Below the pieces are notes generated by a model. The model had not been told where the DNA came from. It saw nothing but the letters and a program-made list of their open reading frames with translations, and ran no database searches. From Edaphobacter aggregans (lineage in GTDB: Bacteria; Acidobacteriota; Terriglobia; Terriglobales; Acidobacteriaceae): a stretch of DNA of 32,000 bases. The translations under genes and the position numbers were made by a program. Positions within the stretch are counted from its first letter, which is position 1. The number at the start of each line of letters is the position of its first letter. Of this stretch, positions 1 through 9,873 are shown one piece after another. The stretch is from the NCBI RefSeq assembly GCF_003945235.1, contig NZ_RSDW01000001.1, forward strand, positions 3,600,001 through 3,632,000, read 5' to 3'.

Positions 1-1
1 C

Positions 2-871
2 TTCAACATGGCAGAGCGCCTCAAGCTCGCCGGTCACAAGGTTGTCGGCTTCGACTTCAACAAGGACGCCACCGCAAAGCTCACCGCCACCGGCTCCCTC
101 GGCGTCAACTCGCTCGAAGACCTCGTCGCCAACCTTTCCGCTCCGCGCGCCGTCTGGATCATGGTCCCCTCAGGCGACCCTGTCGACCACACCATCGCAA
201 GCCTCGAAGGTCTTCTGTCCCAGGGCGACACCATCATCGACGGCGGCAACTCCAACTACAAGGACACCCAGCGCCGCCACGCACAACTTGCGCCGACCGG
301 CCTCGACTTCGTCGACTGCGGAACCTCCGGCGGAGTCTGGGGCCTCAAAGAGGGCTACTCCCTCATGATCGGCGGCGACAAAGCCCCCGTCGAGCGCCTC
401 ACTCCCATCTTCCAGGCCCTCGCCCCCTCGCCCACCGAAGGCTGGGGACACGTCGGCCCTTCCGGCGCCGGCCACTTCGTCAAGATGGTCCACAACGGCA
501 TCGAGTACGGCATGATGCAGGCCTACGCCGAAGGCTTCTCCATCATGCAGGCCAAAAAGCCCCTCAATCTCGACCTCACCCAGATCGCGCACATCTGGCA
601 GAAGGGCTCCGTCGTCCGCTCCTGGCTCCTCGACCTCACCGCCGGCGCGCTCGACCACAACCCAACCCTCGCCGGCCTCGAAGCCTGGGTACCCGACTCA
701 GGCGAAGGCCGCTGGACCGTCACCGAAGCCATCGACCTCAACATCTCCGCTCCCGTCATCACAGAGTCCCTCATTCGCCGTCTTCGCTCCCGCGAAGAAA
801 ATAACTTCACCGACCGTATGATCTCCATCATGCGCGGAGCCTTCGGCGGCCACGACGTCAAAAAGGCCTAG
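2..871 (+). CDS. gnd: 6-phosphogluconate dehydrogenase (decarboxylating), short ~300-aa Gnd/YqeC-like form; 5' end cut by window edge
   Basis: The reading frame is open from nt 2, and the Met at nt 8 aligns to an internal position (..NMAERLKLAGHKVVGFD..). The N-terminal GxGxxG therefore lies upstream of the window. Family motifs are present: VWIMVPSG, IDGGNS, DCGTSGGVWG, HFVKMVHNGIEYG. It sits directly upstream of zwf. Confidence 0.85.
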   Translation, partial: FNMAERLKLAGHKVVGFDFNKDATAKLTATGSLGVNSLEDLVANLSAPRAVWIMVPSGDPVDHTIASLEGLLSQGDTIIDGGNSNYKDTQRRHAQLAPTGLDFVDCGTSGGVWGLKEGYSLMIGGDKAPVERLTPIFQALAPSPTEGWGHVGPSGAGHFVKMVHNGIEYGMMQAYAEGFSIMQAKKPLNLDLTQIAHIWQKGSVVRSWLLDLTAGALDHNPTLAGLEAWVPDSGEGRWTVTEAIDLNISAPVITESLIRRLRSREENNFTDRMISIMRGAFGGHDVKKA

Positions 872-930
872 GCAGACCTCACCCGCCAAGCCACCAAATT
901 TCTAACCATTAGCACGAGAGGTAATCTGAA

Positions 931-2493
931 ATGCCGACCTTAGAAGCCAATACATCACTCTCCGCCGCCCCGGCAACCCCGCAGCCCGAGCGCACCCCTG
1001 ACCCCTGCATCGTAGTCATCTTCGGTGCGTCAGGCGATCTCACCAAGCGCAAGCTCCTCCCTGCGCTCTATCACCTCGAGCAGGCAGGCCTGCTCCCCAA
1101 GGACTTCGCCGTCGTAGGCGTAGCCCGGCGTCCCCTCGAGGAGAGCTTCGCCCCCGACATGAAGGAAGGCATCGTAGCCGGAGGCGGTGTCGAAGAGAGC
1201 GATCCCAAACTCGCCCCCTTCGTCGATCGCATTCAGTACCACGCCATGAACTTCGACGACCCGTCCGGCTACGACGCCCTCAAGACCAAGCTCGCCGAGC
1301 TCGATAACAAGTACAACACCTGCGGCAACCGCCTCTTCTACCTCGCCACCGCACCCGAGTACTTCTCCGACATCGTCAACTACCTCGGCGAGCACGGCAT
1401 GGCCAAGCCCGACGTCGAAACCGCCCCCAACGGCTGCAAAGTCTGGGTCCGTACCATCATCGAGAAGCCCTTCGGCCACGATCTCAACTCCGCCAAGGCC
1501 CTCAACGACGAAGTCAACAAAGTCTTCTCTGAAGACCAGATCTTCCGCATCGACCACTACCTTGGCAAAGAGACCGTCCAGAACATCCTCGTCTTCCGCT
1601 TCGCCAACGGCATCTTCGAGAACGTCTGGAACCGCAACTACATCGACCACGTCGAGATCACCGCCGCCGAATCCATCGGCATCGAAGGCCGCGGCCCCTT
1701 CTACGAGACCGCCGGAGCCCTCCGCGACGTCGTCCAGAACCACGTCATGGAGCTACTCAGCTTCGTAGCCATGGAACCGCCCGTCTCCTTCGAGGCCTCC
1801 GCCGTCCGTGCCGAAAAGGTCAAGGTCTGGAAGGCCATCACCCCCATCCACCCCGCCGACACCGTCCGCGGCCAGTACGGCCCCGGCATCGTCGACGGCA
1901 AGCCCGTCATCGGCTACCGCCAGGAAGATCGCGTCCACCCGCGCTCCCAGACCGAGACCTACGCCGCCCTTCGCCTCGAGATCGAAAACTGGCGCTGGGC
2001 AGGAGTCCCCTTCTACATCCGCGCCGGCAAACGCCTCGCCAAGCGCGTCACCGACATCACCATCCAGTTCAAGCAGCCCCCTCTTCTCCTCTTCAAGGAC
2101 CAGCAGGGCAAGGGCGGCGAAGGTGTCAAGCCCAACGTCCTCTCCATGCGGATCCAGCCTGACGAGGGCATCACCCTCCGCTTCGGCGCCAAAATCCCTG
2201 GCCCCAGCATGAACATCGGCACCGTCAACATGGACTTCAGCTACGCCGAAGCCTTCGGCAAGTCCTCGGCCAACGGTTACGAGCGCCTCTTGCTCGACGC
2301 CATGCTTGGCGACGGAACCCTCTTCGCCCATCGCGACGGAGTCGAAGCCACCTGGGCTCTGATGACTCCAATCCTCGAAGCCTGGAAGAAAGACCCGGTC
2401 AAGGACTTCCCCAACTACGCCGCCGGAACCTGGGGCCCATCCGCAGCCGACGCACTCCTGGAGTCCGAAGGCCGCAAGTGGCGCAAACTCTAA
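931..2493 (+). CDS. zwf: glucose-6-phosphate 1-dehydrogenase
   Basis: 520-aa ORF with the NADP-binding motif GASGDLTKRKL and the G6PD active-site signature RIDHYLGKE. An SD-like GAGAGG lies ~9 nt upstream of ATG 931. Confidence 0.95.
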   Translation: MPTLEANTSLSAAPATPQPERTPDPCIVVIFGASGDLTKRKLLPALYHLEQAGLLPKDFAVVGVARRPLEESFAPDMKEGIVAGGGVEESDPKLAPFVDRIQYHAMNFDDPSGYDALKTKLAELDNKYNTCGNRLFYLATAPEYFSDIVNYLGEHGMAKPDVETAPNGCKVWVRTIIEKPFGHDLNSAKALNDEVNKVFSEDQIFRIDHYLGKETVQNILVFRFANGIFENVWNRNYIDHVEITAAESIGIEGRGPFYETAGALRDVVQNHVMELLSFVAMEPPVSFEASAVRAEKVKVWKAITPIHPADTVRGQYGPGIVDGKPVIGYRQEDRVHPRSQTETYAALRLEIENWRWAGVPFYIRAGKRLAKRVTDITIQFKQPPLLLFKDQQGKGGEGVKPNVLSMRIQPDEGITLRFGAKIPGPSMNIGTVNMDFSYAEAFGKSSANGYERLLLDAMLGDGTLFAHRDGVEATWALMTPILEAWKKDPVKDFPNYAAGTWGPSAADALLESEGRKWRKL

Positions 2494-2496
2494 CGT

Positions 2497-2671
2497 AGCT
2501 GCAGTTCTACTTGCGCTTGCTTTTGTAGTTGCACTTGCACTTGCTTTTGTACTTGCACTTGCCTTTCTTGCTTGTCATCCCCGAAGGGGACCTGCTTTTG
2601 CTTCGAAAGGGCGCGGCTTCAGCCGCACCATAAACTCGCATACCTCGGGGGCTTTAGCCCCCGAGGTATGC
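2497..2671. repeat. Composite intergenic repeat R1: 24-nt tandem units, GTCATCCCCGAAGGGGACCTGCT core and two hairpin modules
   Basis: Tandem 24-mers CTTGC(G/A)CTTGCTTTTGTA(G/C)TTGCA occupy 2510-2533 and 2534-2557, with a partial third unit. The 23-nt core at 2574-2596 is identical to 4768-4790. A GCGGC-TTCA-GCCGC hairpin is followed by CACCATAAACTCG. A perfect 14-bp hairpin GCATACCTCGGGGG/CCCCCGAGGTATGC spans 2638-2671 with a 6-nt loop. Confidence 0.75.
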
Positions 2672-2717
2672 CTTCTCATCCGCAGTCGGAAATCACAAAC
2701 CGCAGGACACTAAAACC

Positions 2718-3509
2718 ATGCCCCGACCAGTCACCGTCACCTACCGCATCTCCTCCACCCCCGCTGAAGTCGCCGCCGCCGCCGCCCAGCTCTTCACCAC
2801 TGCCGTTATCGAAGCCGTCAAAGCCCGAGGCGTAGCCCGAGTAGCCATCTCCGGCGGCACCACGCCCAAGGCGATGTTTGCCCTCCTCGCCGCCGAGCCC
2901 TTCGCCTCCCAAATCCCCTGGGACAAGCTCGACCTCTTCTGGGTCGACGAGCGCTGCGTCCCTCCCGACCACGCCGACTCCAACTACCGCATGACCCGCG
3001 AAGCCCTCCTCTCCAAGGTCCCGCTCCCCGCCGACCGCATCCACCGCATGGAAGGTGAACTCGACCCCGAAGTCGCCGCCGCCCGCTACGAGTCCACCAT
3101 CCGCAACGCCTTCCGCCTCGAGGGAGCCGAAACCCCCACCTTCGACCTCATCCTCCTGGGCATGGGCGACGACGGCCACACCGCCTCCCTCTTCCCCCAC
3201 ACCGAAGGCCTCAACGACCTCACCCACATCGTCATCGCCAACCATGTCCCCCAAAAGGACACCTGGCGCATCACCCTCACCTCGCCCGTCATCAATCAGG
3301 GCAGGGAAGTCGCCTTCCTCATCGAAGGAGCAGCCAAGGCACAGGTCCTTCATGACGTCCTCCTCGGCCCGTTCCAGCCCGACACCTACCCCTCGCAGAT
3401 CATCCGTCCCGCCAGTGGCCAGCTAACCCTCTTGCTCGACTCCGCCGCAGCGGCTAATCTGCCAGAACCGGCCAACGCAGACCAAACCGGTACCCTGGAG
3501 CTTCGCTGA
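2718..3509 (+). CDS. pgl: 6-phosphogluconolactonase
   Basis: 263-aa ORF with ISGGTTP, FWVDERCVP and LLGMGDDGHTASLFP motifs of the Pgl/NagB-like family. It lies between zwf and glk. Confidence 0.9.
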   Translation: MPRPVTVTYRISSTPAEVAAAAAQLFTTAVIEAVKARGVARVAISGGTTPKAMFALLAAEPFASQIPWDKLDLFWVDERCVPPDHADSNYRMTREALLSKVPLPADRIHRMEGELDPEVAAARYESTIRNAFRLEGAETPTFDLILLGMGDDGHTASLFPHTEGLNDLTHIVIANHVPQKDTWRITLTSPVINQGREVAFLIEGAAKAQVLHDVLLGPFQPDTYPSQIIRPASGQLTLLLDSAAAANLPEPANADQTGTLELR

Positions 3510-3546
3510 AGCTATTGCACGCTTGCTGTGCCTGTTTTTTTGAAGT

Positions 3547-3606
3547 GTCATCCTGAGCGAAGTCATGGCAACGCCATGACGAAGTCGAAGGACCTGCAGT
3601 TGTTGG
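3547..3606. repeat. Intergenic repeat R2, a variant of the R1/R3 core with an inserted hairpin
   Basis: Sequence GTCATCCTGAGCGAAG-[TCATGGCAACGCCATGA]-CGAAGTCGAAGGACCTGCAGTTGTTG. It has the same GTCATCC...GGACCTGC ends as the R1/R3 core. The insert is an 8-bp hairpin, GTCATGGC/GCCATGAC. It lies between pgl and glk. Confidence 0.6.
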
Positions 3607-3632
3607 GGCAACATTCTCTGGAGATTCACTAA

Positions 3633-4685
3633 ATGATTCTTGCTGGTGACGTCGGCGGCACAAAGGTGCACCTCGCTCTCTACGATTTCTCAAGCGGCAA
3701 ACTCCACGGCATCCGCGACCAGAAGTTCCCGGCCCACGAATTCACCGCACTCGATCAGATCGTCACCAAATTCCTCGCTGGCGACGACACCTGCCCCCGC
3801 GTCCACCACGCCGACATCCTCGCCACCTGCTTCGGTGTGCCCGGCCCCGTCCGCGAAGGCCGTCTCAAACTCACCAACCTCCCCTGGGTCCTCGACTGCA
3901 AAGAGCTCTCCAAGTCCCTCGGCATCCAACACGTCTTCCTCATCAACGACCTCGAAGCCAACGGCTACGGCATTCCGGAGCTAGCCGCCGACAAGATCTT
4001 CACCCTCTACGCCGGCGACGAATCCGCTGTCGGCCACCGCGGCCTCATCGCCGCCGGAACTGGCCTCGGCCAGGCGCTCCTCATCTGGGACGGCAAGCAC
4101 CACCGCCCTATCGCCTCCGAAGGCGGCCACTGCGACTTCGCCGCCCGCTCCACCCGCGAAATCGCTCTACTCGAGTACCTTCGTGCCCAGCTCAACGGTC
4201 GCGTCTCTTGGGAGCGCGTCGTCTCCGGCCTCGGCATCAAAAACATCTACACCTTCCTCCGCGACGTCGAAAAAATCAACGAACCCCAGTGGCTCCGCGA
4301 CCGCATGAAGGCCGAAGACCCCAACGCCGTCATAGGCCAGTGCGCCGAAGACGGCTCCAGCTTCCTGTGCTTCGAGACCATGAAGATCTTCGTCTCAGCC
4401 TACGGAGCCGAAACCGGCAATATCGCCCTCAAGGTCCTGGCCACCGGAGGCATGTACCTCGGCGGAGGCATCGCCCCCAAGATCATCAAGACCCTGCAGA
4501 ACGGCTTCTTCACCCAGGCCTTCCTCGACAAGGGCCGCCTCTCCCCGCTGCTCCAATCCATCCCTGTACGCGTCATCCTCGACGACACCTGCGCCCTCCT
4601 CGGAGCCGCCGCCTACGCCGAAGCCCGAGCCACCGAGCTAGGCAGCCAATCCGAACGCGCCGCCTCCCTCCAAACCGCCCTATAG
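3633..4685 (+). CDS. glk: glucokinase
   Basis: 350-aa ORF with the N-terminal sugar-kinase phosphate-1 motif LAGDVGGTKVHLAL. Length and Gly-rich segments are glucokinase-like (GTGLGQA, GGMYLGGGIAPK). A GGAGA SD precedes ATG 3633. It is the last gene of the zwf operon. Confidence 0.85.
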   Translation: MILAGDVGGTKVHLALYDFSSGKLHGIRDQKFPAHEFTALDQIVTKFLAGDDTCPRVHHADILATCFGVPGPVREGRLKLTNLPWVLDCKELSKSLGIQHVFLINDLEANGYGIPELAADKIFTLYAGDESAVGHRGLIAAGTGLGQALLIWDGKHHRPIASEGGHCDFAARSTREIALLEYLRAQLNGRVSWERVVSGLGIKNIYTFLRDVEKINEPQWLRDRMKAEDPNAVIGQCAEDGSSFLCFETMKIFVSAYGAETGNIALKVLATGGMYLGGGIAPKIIKTLQNGFFTQAFLDKGRLSPLLQSIPVRVILDDTCALLGAAAYAEARATELGSQSERAASLQTAL

Positions 4686-4726
4686 CCCTCACACCCCACT
4701 GCTATCTCAGTTACGGTCGACGATTG

Positions 4727-4845
4727 TCATTGCAGTTGCAATTGCGGCTGCAGTTGCTTTTCTTGTTGTCATCCCCGAAGGGGACCTGCTGTTGTCTTTG
4801 CAGTTGCTGTTGCTGTTGTCGTCCCCAACCCACCCATAAATCGTC
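4727..4845. repeat. Composite intergenic repeat R3, same family as R1
   Basis: GCAGTTGC-type 6/12-nt periodic tracts flank both sides. The core GTCATCCCCGAAGGGGACCTGCT at 4768-4790 matches 2574-2596 at 23/23. The CACCCATAAATCG tail parallels CACCATAAACTCG of R1. Confidence 0.7.
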
Positions 4846-5035
4846 CCTTGCGCAGTGGAGAGACCCCCGCATTTCGCTGTTGTTTGTTCTTCTCCCGACA
4901 AGGCCAAACCCCGTCAAGCCCGCAAGCACCATATCCCATTACTCATCAACAACATACCTGTGCCGAATCACCCTCGCCATCCAGCTATACTAGTTAAAGA
5001 ATCAAAAACAGCCCAAGCCATCAAAGCCCAATCGA

Positions 5036-5099
5036 GGTCCGGACCTAAAGTATCCCGAATCAAGACTTTGGATACTTTCAGCCGGGGTGGGGGATACCC
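5036..5099 (-). repeat. ~62-nt 'C-run' repeat family, copy C1 (strand given for the C-rich sense)
   Basis: Plus strand reads GGTCCGGACCTAAAGTATCCCGAATCAAGACTTTGGATACTTTCAGCCGGGGTGGGGGATACCC. It shares three blocks with the copies at 18342-18403, 18471-18533 and 30430-30488: GGTCCRGACCTAA, ACTTTG and GGGG(A/T)GGGGG-TAC. It overlaps the stop codon and last 6 codons of the phosphoribosyltransferase gene. Confidence 0.6.
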
Positions 5100-5776
5100 T
5101 CGGCCAAAGCCTGCATCACCTCATCGTCCGAAGTCTGCCGGAAGTCCTCATAGAACTGCCCAACCGCAAACAACCTACGCGGAACCAACACACAAAAGAC
5201 ATCATCCGCCACCGACCTAAGCATCTCAACCGCCTCGCCCGAAGCCACCGGAACCGCAACCACAATCCGCTCCGGCCCCAGCATCCGCACCGCCCGAACC
5301 GCAGCCAGCATCGTGTACCCGGTAGCCACCCCATCGTCCACTAAAAGAGCCATCTGCTCAAAAACATCAAGCGACGGCCGCCCCGCACGATAAGCAAACT
5401 CCCGCCGAACCACCTCCTCCTTCTCCCGGACAATGGCCGCCTCGAGCGCCCCCTGCGAGATCCGCATCGAAGCGATCGCCGCATCATCCAGCACCACAAG
5501 ACCACCCGCAGCAACCGCTCCAATCGCCAGCTCCGGCTGGCTCGGAGCGCCCAGCTTGCGGACAACAAAGACATCCAGCGGCAACGCCAGCGCCCGAGCC
5601 AGCGCAGCCGCCACCACGACTCCCCCACGCGGCAGCCCCAGCACGACTGTCTGCGCCCGGCCTTGATATCCGGCCAGCAACCCGGAGAGCAGCTCCCCCG
5701 CATGTCTGCGGTCGCGAAACATAACCGGTTGGATGCCAAAGGAGTCTAACGAAGGAAGGTGCTGCGTCATCGCCAC
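5078..5776 (-). CDS. phosphoribosyltransferase-family protein (type I PRTase fold, substrate unknown)
   Basis: 232-aa ORF with the PRPP-binding loop [13 protein letters not shown]. It uses mostly G/T-ending codons, unlike its C-ending plus-strand neighbours (see the strand-composition finding). Confidence 0.75.
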   Translation of the reverse strand: MAMTQHLPSLDSFGIQPVMFRDRRHAGELLSGLLAGYQGRAQTVVLGLPRGGVVVAAALARALALPLDVFVVRKLGAPSQPELAIGAVAAGGLVVLDDAAIASMRISQGALEAAIVREKEEVVRREFAYRAGRPSLDVFEQMALLVDDGVATGYTMLAAVRAVRMLGPERIVVAVPVASGEAVEMLRSVADDVFCVLVPRRLFAVGQFYEDFRQTSDDEVMQALAEGIPHPG

Positions 5777-5850
5777 TCGTCACAATCGATCCGCGTCCCG
5801 CGCCGCAACCCGCAAATAATCCCTCTCAATTGGGTATCGTCGAAAGATAT

Positions 5851-8538
5851 ATGTTGAAAGCCGGCCTCCGCAGGACCCTCCTCGCTCTATCCGCCCTCGC
5901 CCTCACAGCTATCAGCGCTCACGCCCAGCGCCTTCCCGGAGGAGCGGTCCCCGAGCACTACACCCTGGCGCTCACCCCCGACCTCCAGGCCGCCACCTTC
6001 ACCGGCAACGAGACCATCGACCTATTCCTCGGCTCCCCCAGCAAAACCATCACCCTCAACGCCGCCGAGATCAAAATCGCCTCCGTACAAGCCACATACT
6101 ATCCCCACGCGGTCAGCTACGTGACCAAGGGCGGTGCGGGCAAGCAGAATGAGTTCAGCGGCACCATCCCGGGCAAACCGTCTTTCGCTCTTGCCACCGT
6201 CACCTATGACGACGCTAAGGAACAAGCCACCTTCATCTTCCCGAACGAGCTTCCCGCAGGCAAGGTCACCCTCGACATCAGCTACACCGGAATCCTCAAC
6301 GACAAACTCCGCGGCTTCTACCTCTCCAAGACCAAGGCCCGCAACTACGCCGTAACCCAGTTCGAGCCCACCGACGCCCGCCGCGCCTTCCCCAGCTTCG
6401 ACGAGCCCGCCTACAAAGCCACCTTCGACATCGCCCTCACCGTCGACGCTGCCGACACCGTCATCTCCAACACGAACCAGATCGCCGACACGCCCGCCAC
6501 CCCCGGCAAGCATACCCTCAAGTTCGCCACCACACCCAAGATGTCCACCTACCTCGTGGCCTTCCTCGTAGGCGACTTCAAGTGCACCACTGGCAAATCC
6601 GACGGAGTCCCCATCCGCGCCTGCTCCACTCCCGACAAGGTCGACATGACCAAGTTCGCCGTCGAGTCAGCCGAGTACATCCTCCACTACTACAACACCT
6701 ACTTCGGCATTAAGTACCCCATGCCCAAGCTCGACATGGTCGCCCTACCCGACTTCGAAGCCGGCGCCATGGAGAACTTCGGCTGCATCACCTACCGCGA
6801 GACCGACCTCCTCGTCGACGCTAAGACAGCGTCGATCCCGGTGAAGAAGAACGTCGCTGAAGTCGTCGCCCACGAAATGGCGCACCAATGGTTCGGCGAC
6901 ATGGTCACCATGCAATGGTGGGACAACCTCTGGCTAAACGAGGGATTCGCCACCTGGATGGAGACCAAGCCCGTCGCCAAGTGGCATCCCGAGTGGAACA
7001 TCGCCCAGGACGACGCCCAGGAACTCGACAACACCCTCAATTACGACTCCCAGGCCACCACCCGCACCATCCGCGCCAAGGCCGAAACCCCGGGCGAGAT
7101 CAACGAGATGTTCGACGGTATCGCCTACGGCAAGGCAGGCGCCGTCCTCGGCATGGTCGAAAACTACCTAGGCGAAGAGACCTTCCGCCAGGGAGTTCAC
7201 AACTATCTCCAGGCACATCTCTACGCCAACGCCACCGCCGAAGACTTCTGGACCGCCCAGACCTCCAACTCCCATCTCCCAGTCGACAAGATCATGGAGA
7301 GCTTCGTCACCCAACCCGGCGTCCCGCTCCTTACCTTCAGCGATGCCTCGGCAAGCGGCGCACCTGTAGCGCAAAGCCGCTTCTTCCTCTCCGCACCGGC
7401 GAACGCCAGCACCACGCAGCAGTGGACCCTTCCCGTCTGCCTCAAGACCACCGGAAAGCCCATCTGCCGAGTCCTGAACGCGGGTGACTCCACCCTTCCC
7501 ATACCCGCAGACGCGCCGATGACGTTCTTCTACGCCAATGCCAACAGCAAAGGCTACTACCGCACGGCCTATACCCCGCAGCAGTTCAACGCCATCGTAG
7601 CCAAAGCCGAAACCGCCCTCACCCCACCCGAGCGCATCGGCCTTCTAGGTGATCGCTGGGTCCTCGTCCGCTCTGGTCAGGGCAACGTCGGCGACTACCT
7701 CAACCTAGTCCTCGCCCTCAAGCAAGACCCCAACGCTGCTGTTCTCGAAAACGCCTTCGGCAAAGTCAACACCATCGACGCTCGCATCGCCACCGACGAC
7801 GACCGCACCCAACTAGCTACCGTTCTCCACCGCGAGTTCAGCCCCATCTACATCGCTCTCGGCCAACCTTCGAAGAGCGACTCCTTCGACCGCCAGCAGC
7901 TCCGCGCTCTTCTCTTCGAAACACTCGGTGCCGCCAAAGATCCCGCAATCGTCAACGAAGCCCGCCAGATTGCTGACCGCGCCTTCGCTAATCCCGGTGG
8001 TAAGGACAAAACCCTCGACCCACTCCTGACCGACGCCGCTATTGCCATCGCCTCCCGCAACGGCGACGTCGCCTTCTACGAAAAAGTCCTCGCTGCCAGC
8101 AAGGATTCGAGCGACCCTGGCCAGCAGTCCGAAGCCCTTCGCACTCTCGCTCACTTCACCGACCCAGCCCTCGTCACCCGCACCCTCGACTACGCCGTCT
8201 CCGGTCAGGTCCGCAATCAGGACAGCTGGATTGTCCTCGCCATACTCCTCAACAATCGCGAAACCCGCGAACAGACCTGGACCTACATCCAGCAGAACTG
8301 GGACAAAGTCCACTCTCAATTCACCACCAACTCCGGCGTCCGCGTCGTTGCAGCCACAGGCTCCTTCTGCAACATCAACCAGCGCGACGAGGTCAAAAAC
8401 TTCTTCGCCACCCACAAGGTCGACGCCTCCGAACGCACTCTTTCGAAGGCCATCGACAGCATCAACGACTGCATCCATCTACGCGCCACACAGGAGCCCA
8501 GCCTTCACCAGTGGCTAGCGACTCAATCGAAACAATAG
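5851..8538 (+). CDS. pepN: secreted M1-family zinc aminopeptidase (aminopeptidase N-like)
   Basis: Contains the GAMEN exopeptidase motif and the [10 protein letters not shown]...WLNEGFA (HEXXH-X18-E) zinc site, followed by a long ERAP1-like helical C-terminal region. A signal peptide is present: [29 protein letters not shown] 5851 is preferred; the in-frame TTG at 5830 is an alternative start. Confidence 0.9.
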   Translation: MLKAGLRRTLLALSALALTAISAHAQRLPGGAVPEHYTLALTPDLQAATFTGNETIDLFLGSPSKTITLNAAEIKIASVQATYYPHAVSYVTKGGAGKQNEFSGTIPGKPSFALATVTYDDAKEQATFIFPNELPAGKVTLDISYTGILNDKLRGFYLSKTKARNYAVTQFEPTDARRAFPSFDEPAYKATFDIALTVDAADTVISNTNQIADTPATPGKHTLKFATTPKMSTYLVAFLVGDFKCTTGKSDGVPIRACSTPDKVDMTKFAVESAEYILHYYNTYFGIKYPMPKLDMVALPDFEAGAMENFGCITYRETDLLVDAKTASIPVKKNVAEVVAHEMAHQWFGDMVTMQWWDNLWLNEGFATWMETKPVAKWHPEWNIAQDDAQELDNTLNYDSQATTRTIRAKAETPGEINEMFDGIAYGKAGAVLGMVENYLGEETFRQGVHNYLQAHLYANATAEDFWTAQTSNSHLPVDKIMESFVTQPGVPLLTFSDASASGAPVAQSRFFLSAPANASTTQQWTLPVCLKTTGKPICRVLNAGDSTLPIPADAPMTFFYANANSKGYYRTAYTPQQFNAIVAKAETALTPPERIGLLGDRWVLVRSGQGNVGDYLNLVLALKQDPNAAVLENAFGKVNTIDARIATDDDRTQLATVLHREFSPIYIALGQPSKSDSFDRQQLRALLFETLGAAKDPAIVNEARQIADRAFANPGGKDKTLDPLLTDAAIAIASRNGDVAFYEKVLAASKDSSDPGQQSEALRTLAHFTDPALVTRTLDYAVSGQVRNQDSWIVLAILLNNRETREQTWTYIQQNWDKVHSQFTTNSGVRVVAATGSFCNINQRDEVKNFFATHKVDASERTLSKAIDSINDCIHLRATQEPSLHQWLATQSKQ

Positions 8539-8562
8539 CCACACCCTTGCTGCATAGTCGAA

Positions 8563-8600
8563 GTGCTGTTGCAATAATTCTGCAACGGCACTTTTTCTTT
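8563..8600 (+). terminator. intrinsic terminator after the M1 peptidase gene
   Basis: An 11-bp stem GTGCTGTTGCA / TGCAACGGCAC (one G-U pair) has the loop ATAATTC and is followed by TTTTTCTTT. Confidence 0.6.
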
Positions 8601-9873
8601 GCCTCGCACAAACGATCAGGAGAAGCCCATTCAACCCCAACCCGCACTCCGCCAATGGGCACCCTGCATCGCCATGCTTCTGCTATCGTTCCTCAGCTAC
8701 GTGGACCGCAGCGTCCTCGCCATCCTAAGCCCAACTATCCTCACTGAGCTCCATCTCTCGGCCACGCAGTACGGCTACGCGATCCTCGTTTTTAGCCTCT
8801 GCTACATGATCGCCAACCCAATCTGGGGATTCTGGATGGACCGGGCCGGCCTATGGATCACTACGCTAACCGCCGTCCTCATCTGGTCGCTCGCCTCAGG
8901 CGGTCATGGCCTCATGCTGGGCTTCGCAGGAATGTGCGTCGCCCGCGGTTTCCTGGGATTCGGCGAGGGAGCAGCCTTCCCCGCCGGCCTCAAGACCGTC
9001 GCCGAAACCCTTCCCCCCAGCAAACGTTCCTTCGGCCTCGGCATCGCCTACAGCGGAGGCTCCCTTGGAGCCGCTCTTACCCCGCTGGTTATCACCCCCA
9101 TCGCTCTGCGTTACGGATGGCGTTATGCCTTCGCGCTCACAGCCCTCCTTGGACTCGCCTGGATCACTCTCTGGCTCATCCTGCGAACCACCGGTTGGTA
9201 CACATCTCCGACCTCCGTGCGGCCCATCTACAGCGACCCAACACCAGCAACCTCCCGATGGAACCGCAATCTCTTCGCCGCCGCCGCAGTCTACGGCCTT
9301 GGAGCAGCACCCCTGGCCTTCGGCCTCTACGCCGCCCCACTCTACCTCACCCGAGTCCTCCACCTCGACCAGCGCACCCTCGGTCATCTCCTCTGGATTC
9401 CGCCCGCAGGCTGGGAGGCTGGCTATCTCTTCTTCGGCAGAATCGCCGATCGCCTCCGCCAGCGCAGCATAGGTCAGCCATCTCGCCCCGGAGCCATCTT
9501 CCTCTTTTTCTCCATCGCCGGATTTCTTATCACGCTCTTACCCCTCGCAGCCTCCAGCCCCTATCCACGTACTGCCACGATGCTGCTCTTCTTTTTCCAG
9601 ATGTTTCTCGGCGGAGGCTTCGTTGTCTTCGCCCTCTCCGACGGCATGGCCGCGCTGCCGAAACAGCATACCGCCTTCCTCGCTGGTATCTGCATCTCCG
9701 CATGGGCGCTGACGACGGGCATTCTGATGCCCATTCTTGGCCACTTCTTCGACCAGCACCGCTACACCCTCACATTTTGGATCGTCGCCAGCCTCCCACC
9801 ACTCGGTACCATTCTCTGGCGAACCTTGGCCACTACCTCACCTGGCACTCTCTCCCCGATTCATGAGAATTGA
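8599..9873 (+). CDS. MFS transporter
   Basis: 424-aa ORF, hydrophobic throughout (about 12 helices). MFS-like features are the N-terminal FLSYVDRSVLAIL...L..TQYG and the loop motif WMDRAGLW. The start is uncertain: TTG 8599 overlaps the terminator T-tract, and ATG 8674 would shorten TM1. Confidence 0.8.
   Translation: MPRTNDQEKPIQPQPALRQWAPCIAMLLLSFLSYVDRSVLAILSPTILTELHLSATQYGYAILVFSLCYMIANPIWGFWMDRAGLWITTLTAVLIWSLASGGHGLMLGFAGMCVARGFLGFGEGAAFPAGLKTVAETLPPSKRSFGLGIAYSGGSLGAALTPLVITPIALRYGWRYAFALTALLGLAWITLWLILRTTGWYTSPTSVRPIYSDPTPATSRWNRNLFAAAAVYGLGAAPLAFGLYAAPLYLTRVLHLDQRTLGHLLWIPPAGWEAGYLFFGRIADRLRQRSIGQPSRPGAIFLFFSIAGFLITLLPLAASSPYPRTATMLLFFFQMFLGGGFVVFALSDGMAALPKQHTAFLAGICISAWALTTGILMPILGHFFDQHRYTLTFWIVASLPPLGTILWRTLATTSPGTLSPIHEN

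Noticed and set aside
2572-2835. 87-aa ORF (MSSPKGTCFCFERARLQPHHK...) running through repeat R1 into pgl
   Set aside because: It is a translation of the hairpin/repeat element and then of the off-frame pgl 5' end. The same repeat at 4768-4790 yields similar pseudo-peptides on both strands.
4208-4993. 261-aa Arg/Pro-rich ORF overlapping glk and the downstream repeat
   Set aside because: It is an alternative frame of a well-supported gene. The low-complexity R/P/H composition is typical of off-frame translation of GC-rich DNA. No RBS or motif was found.
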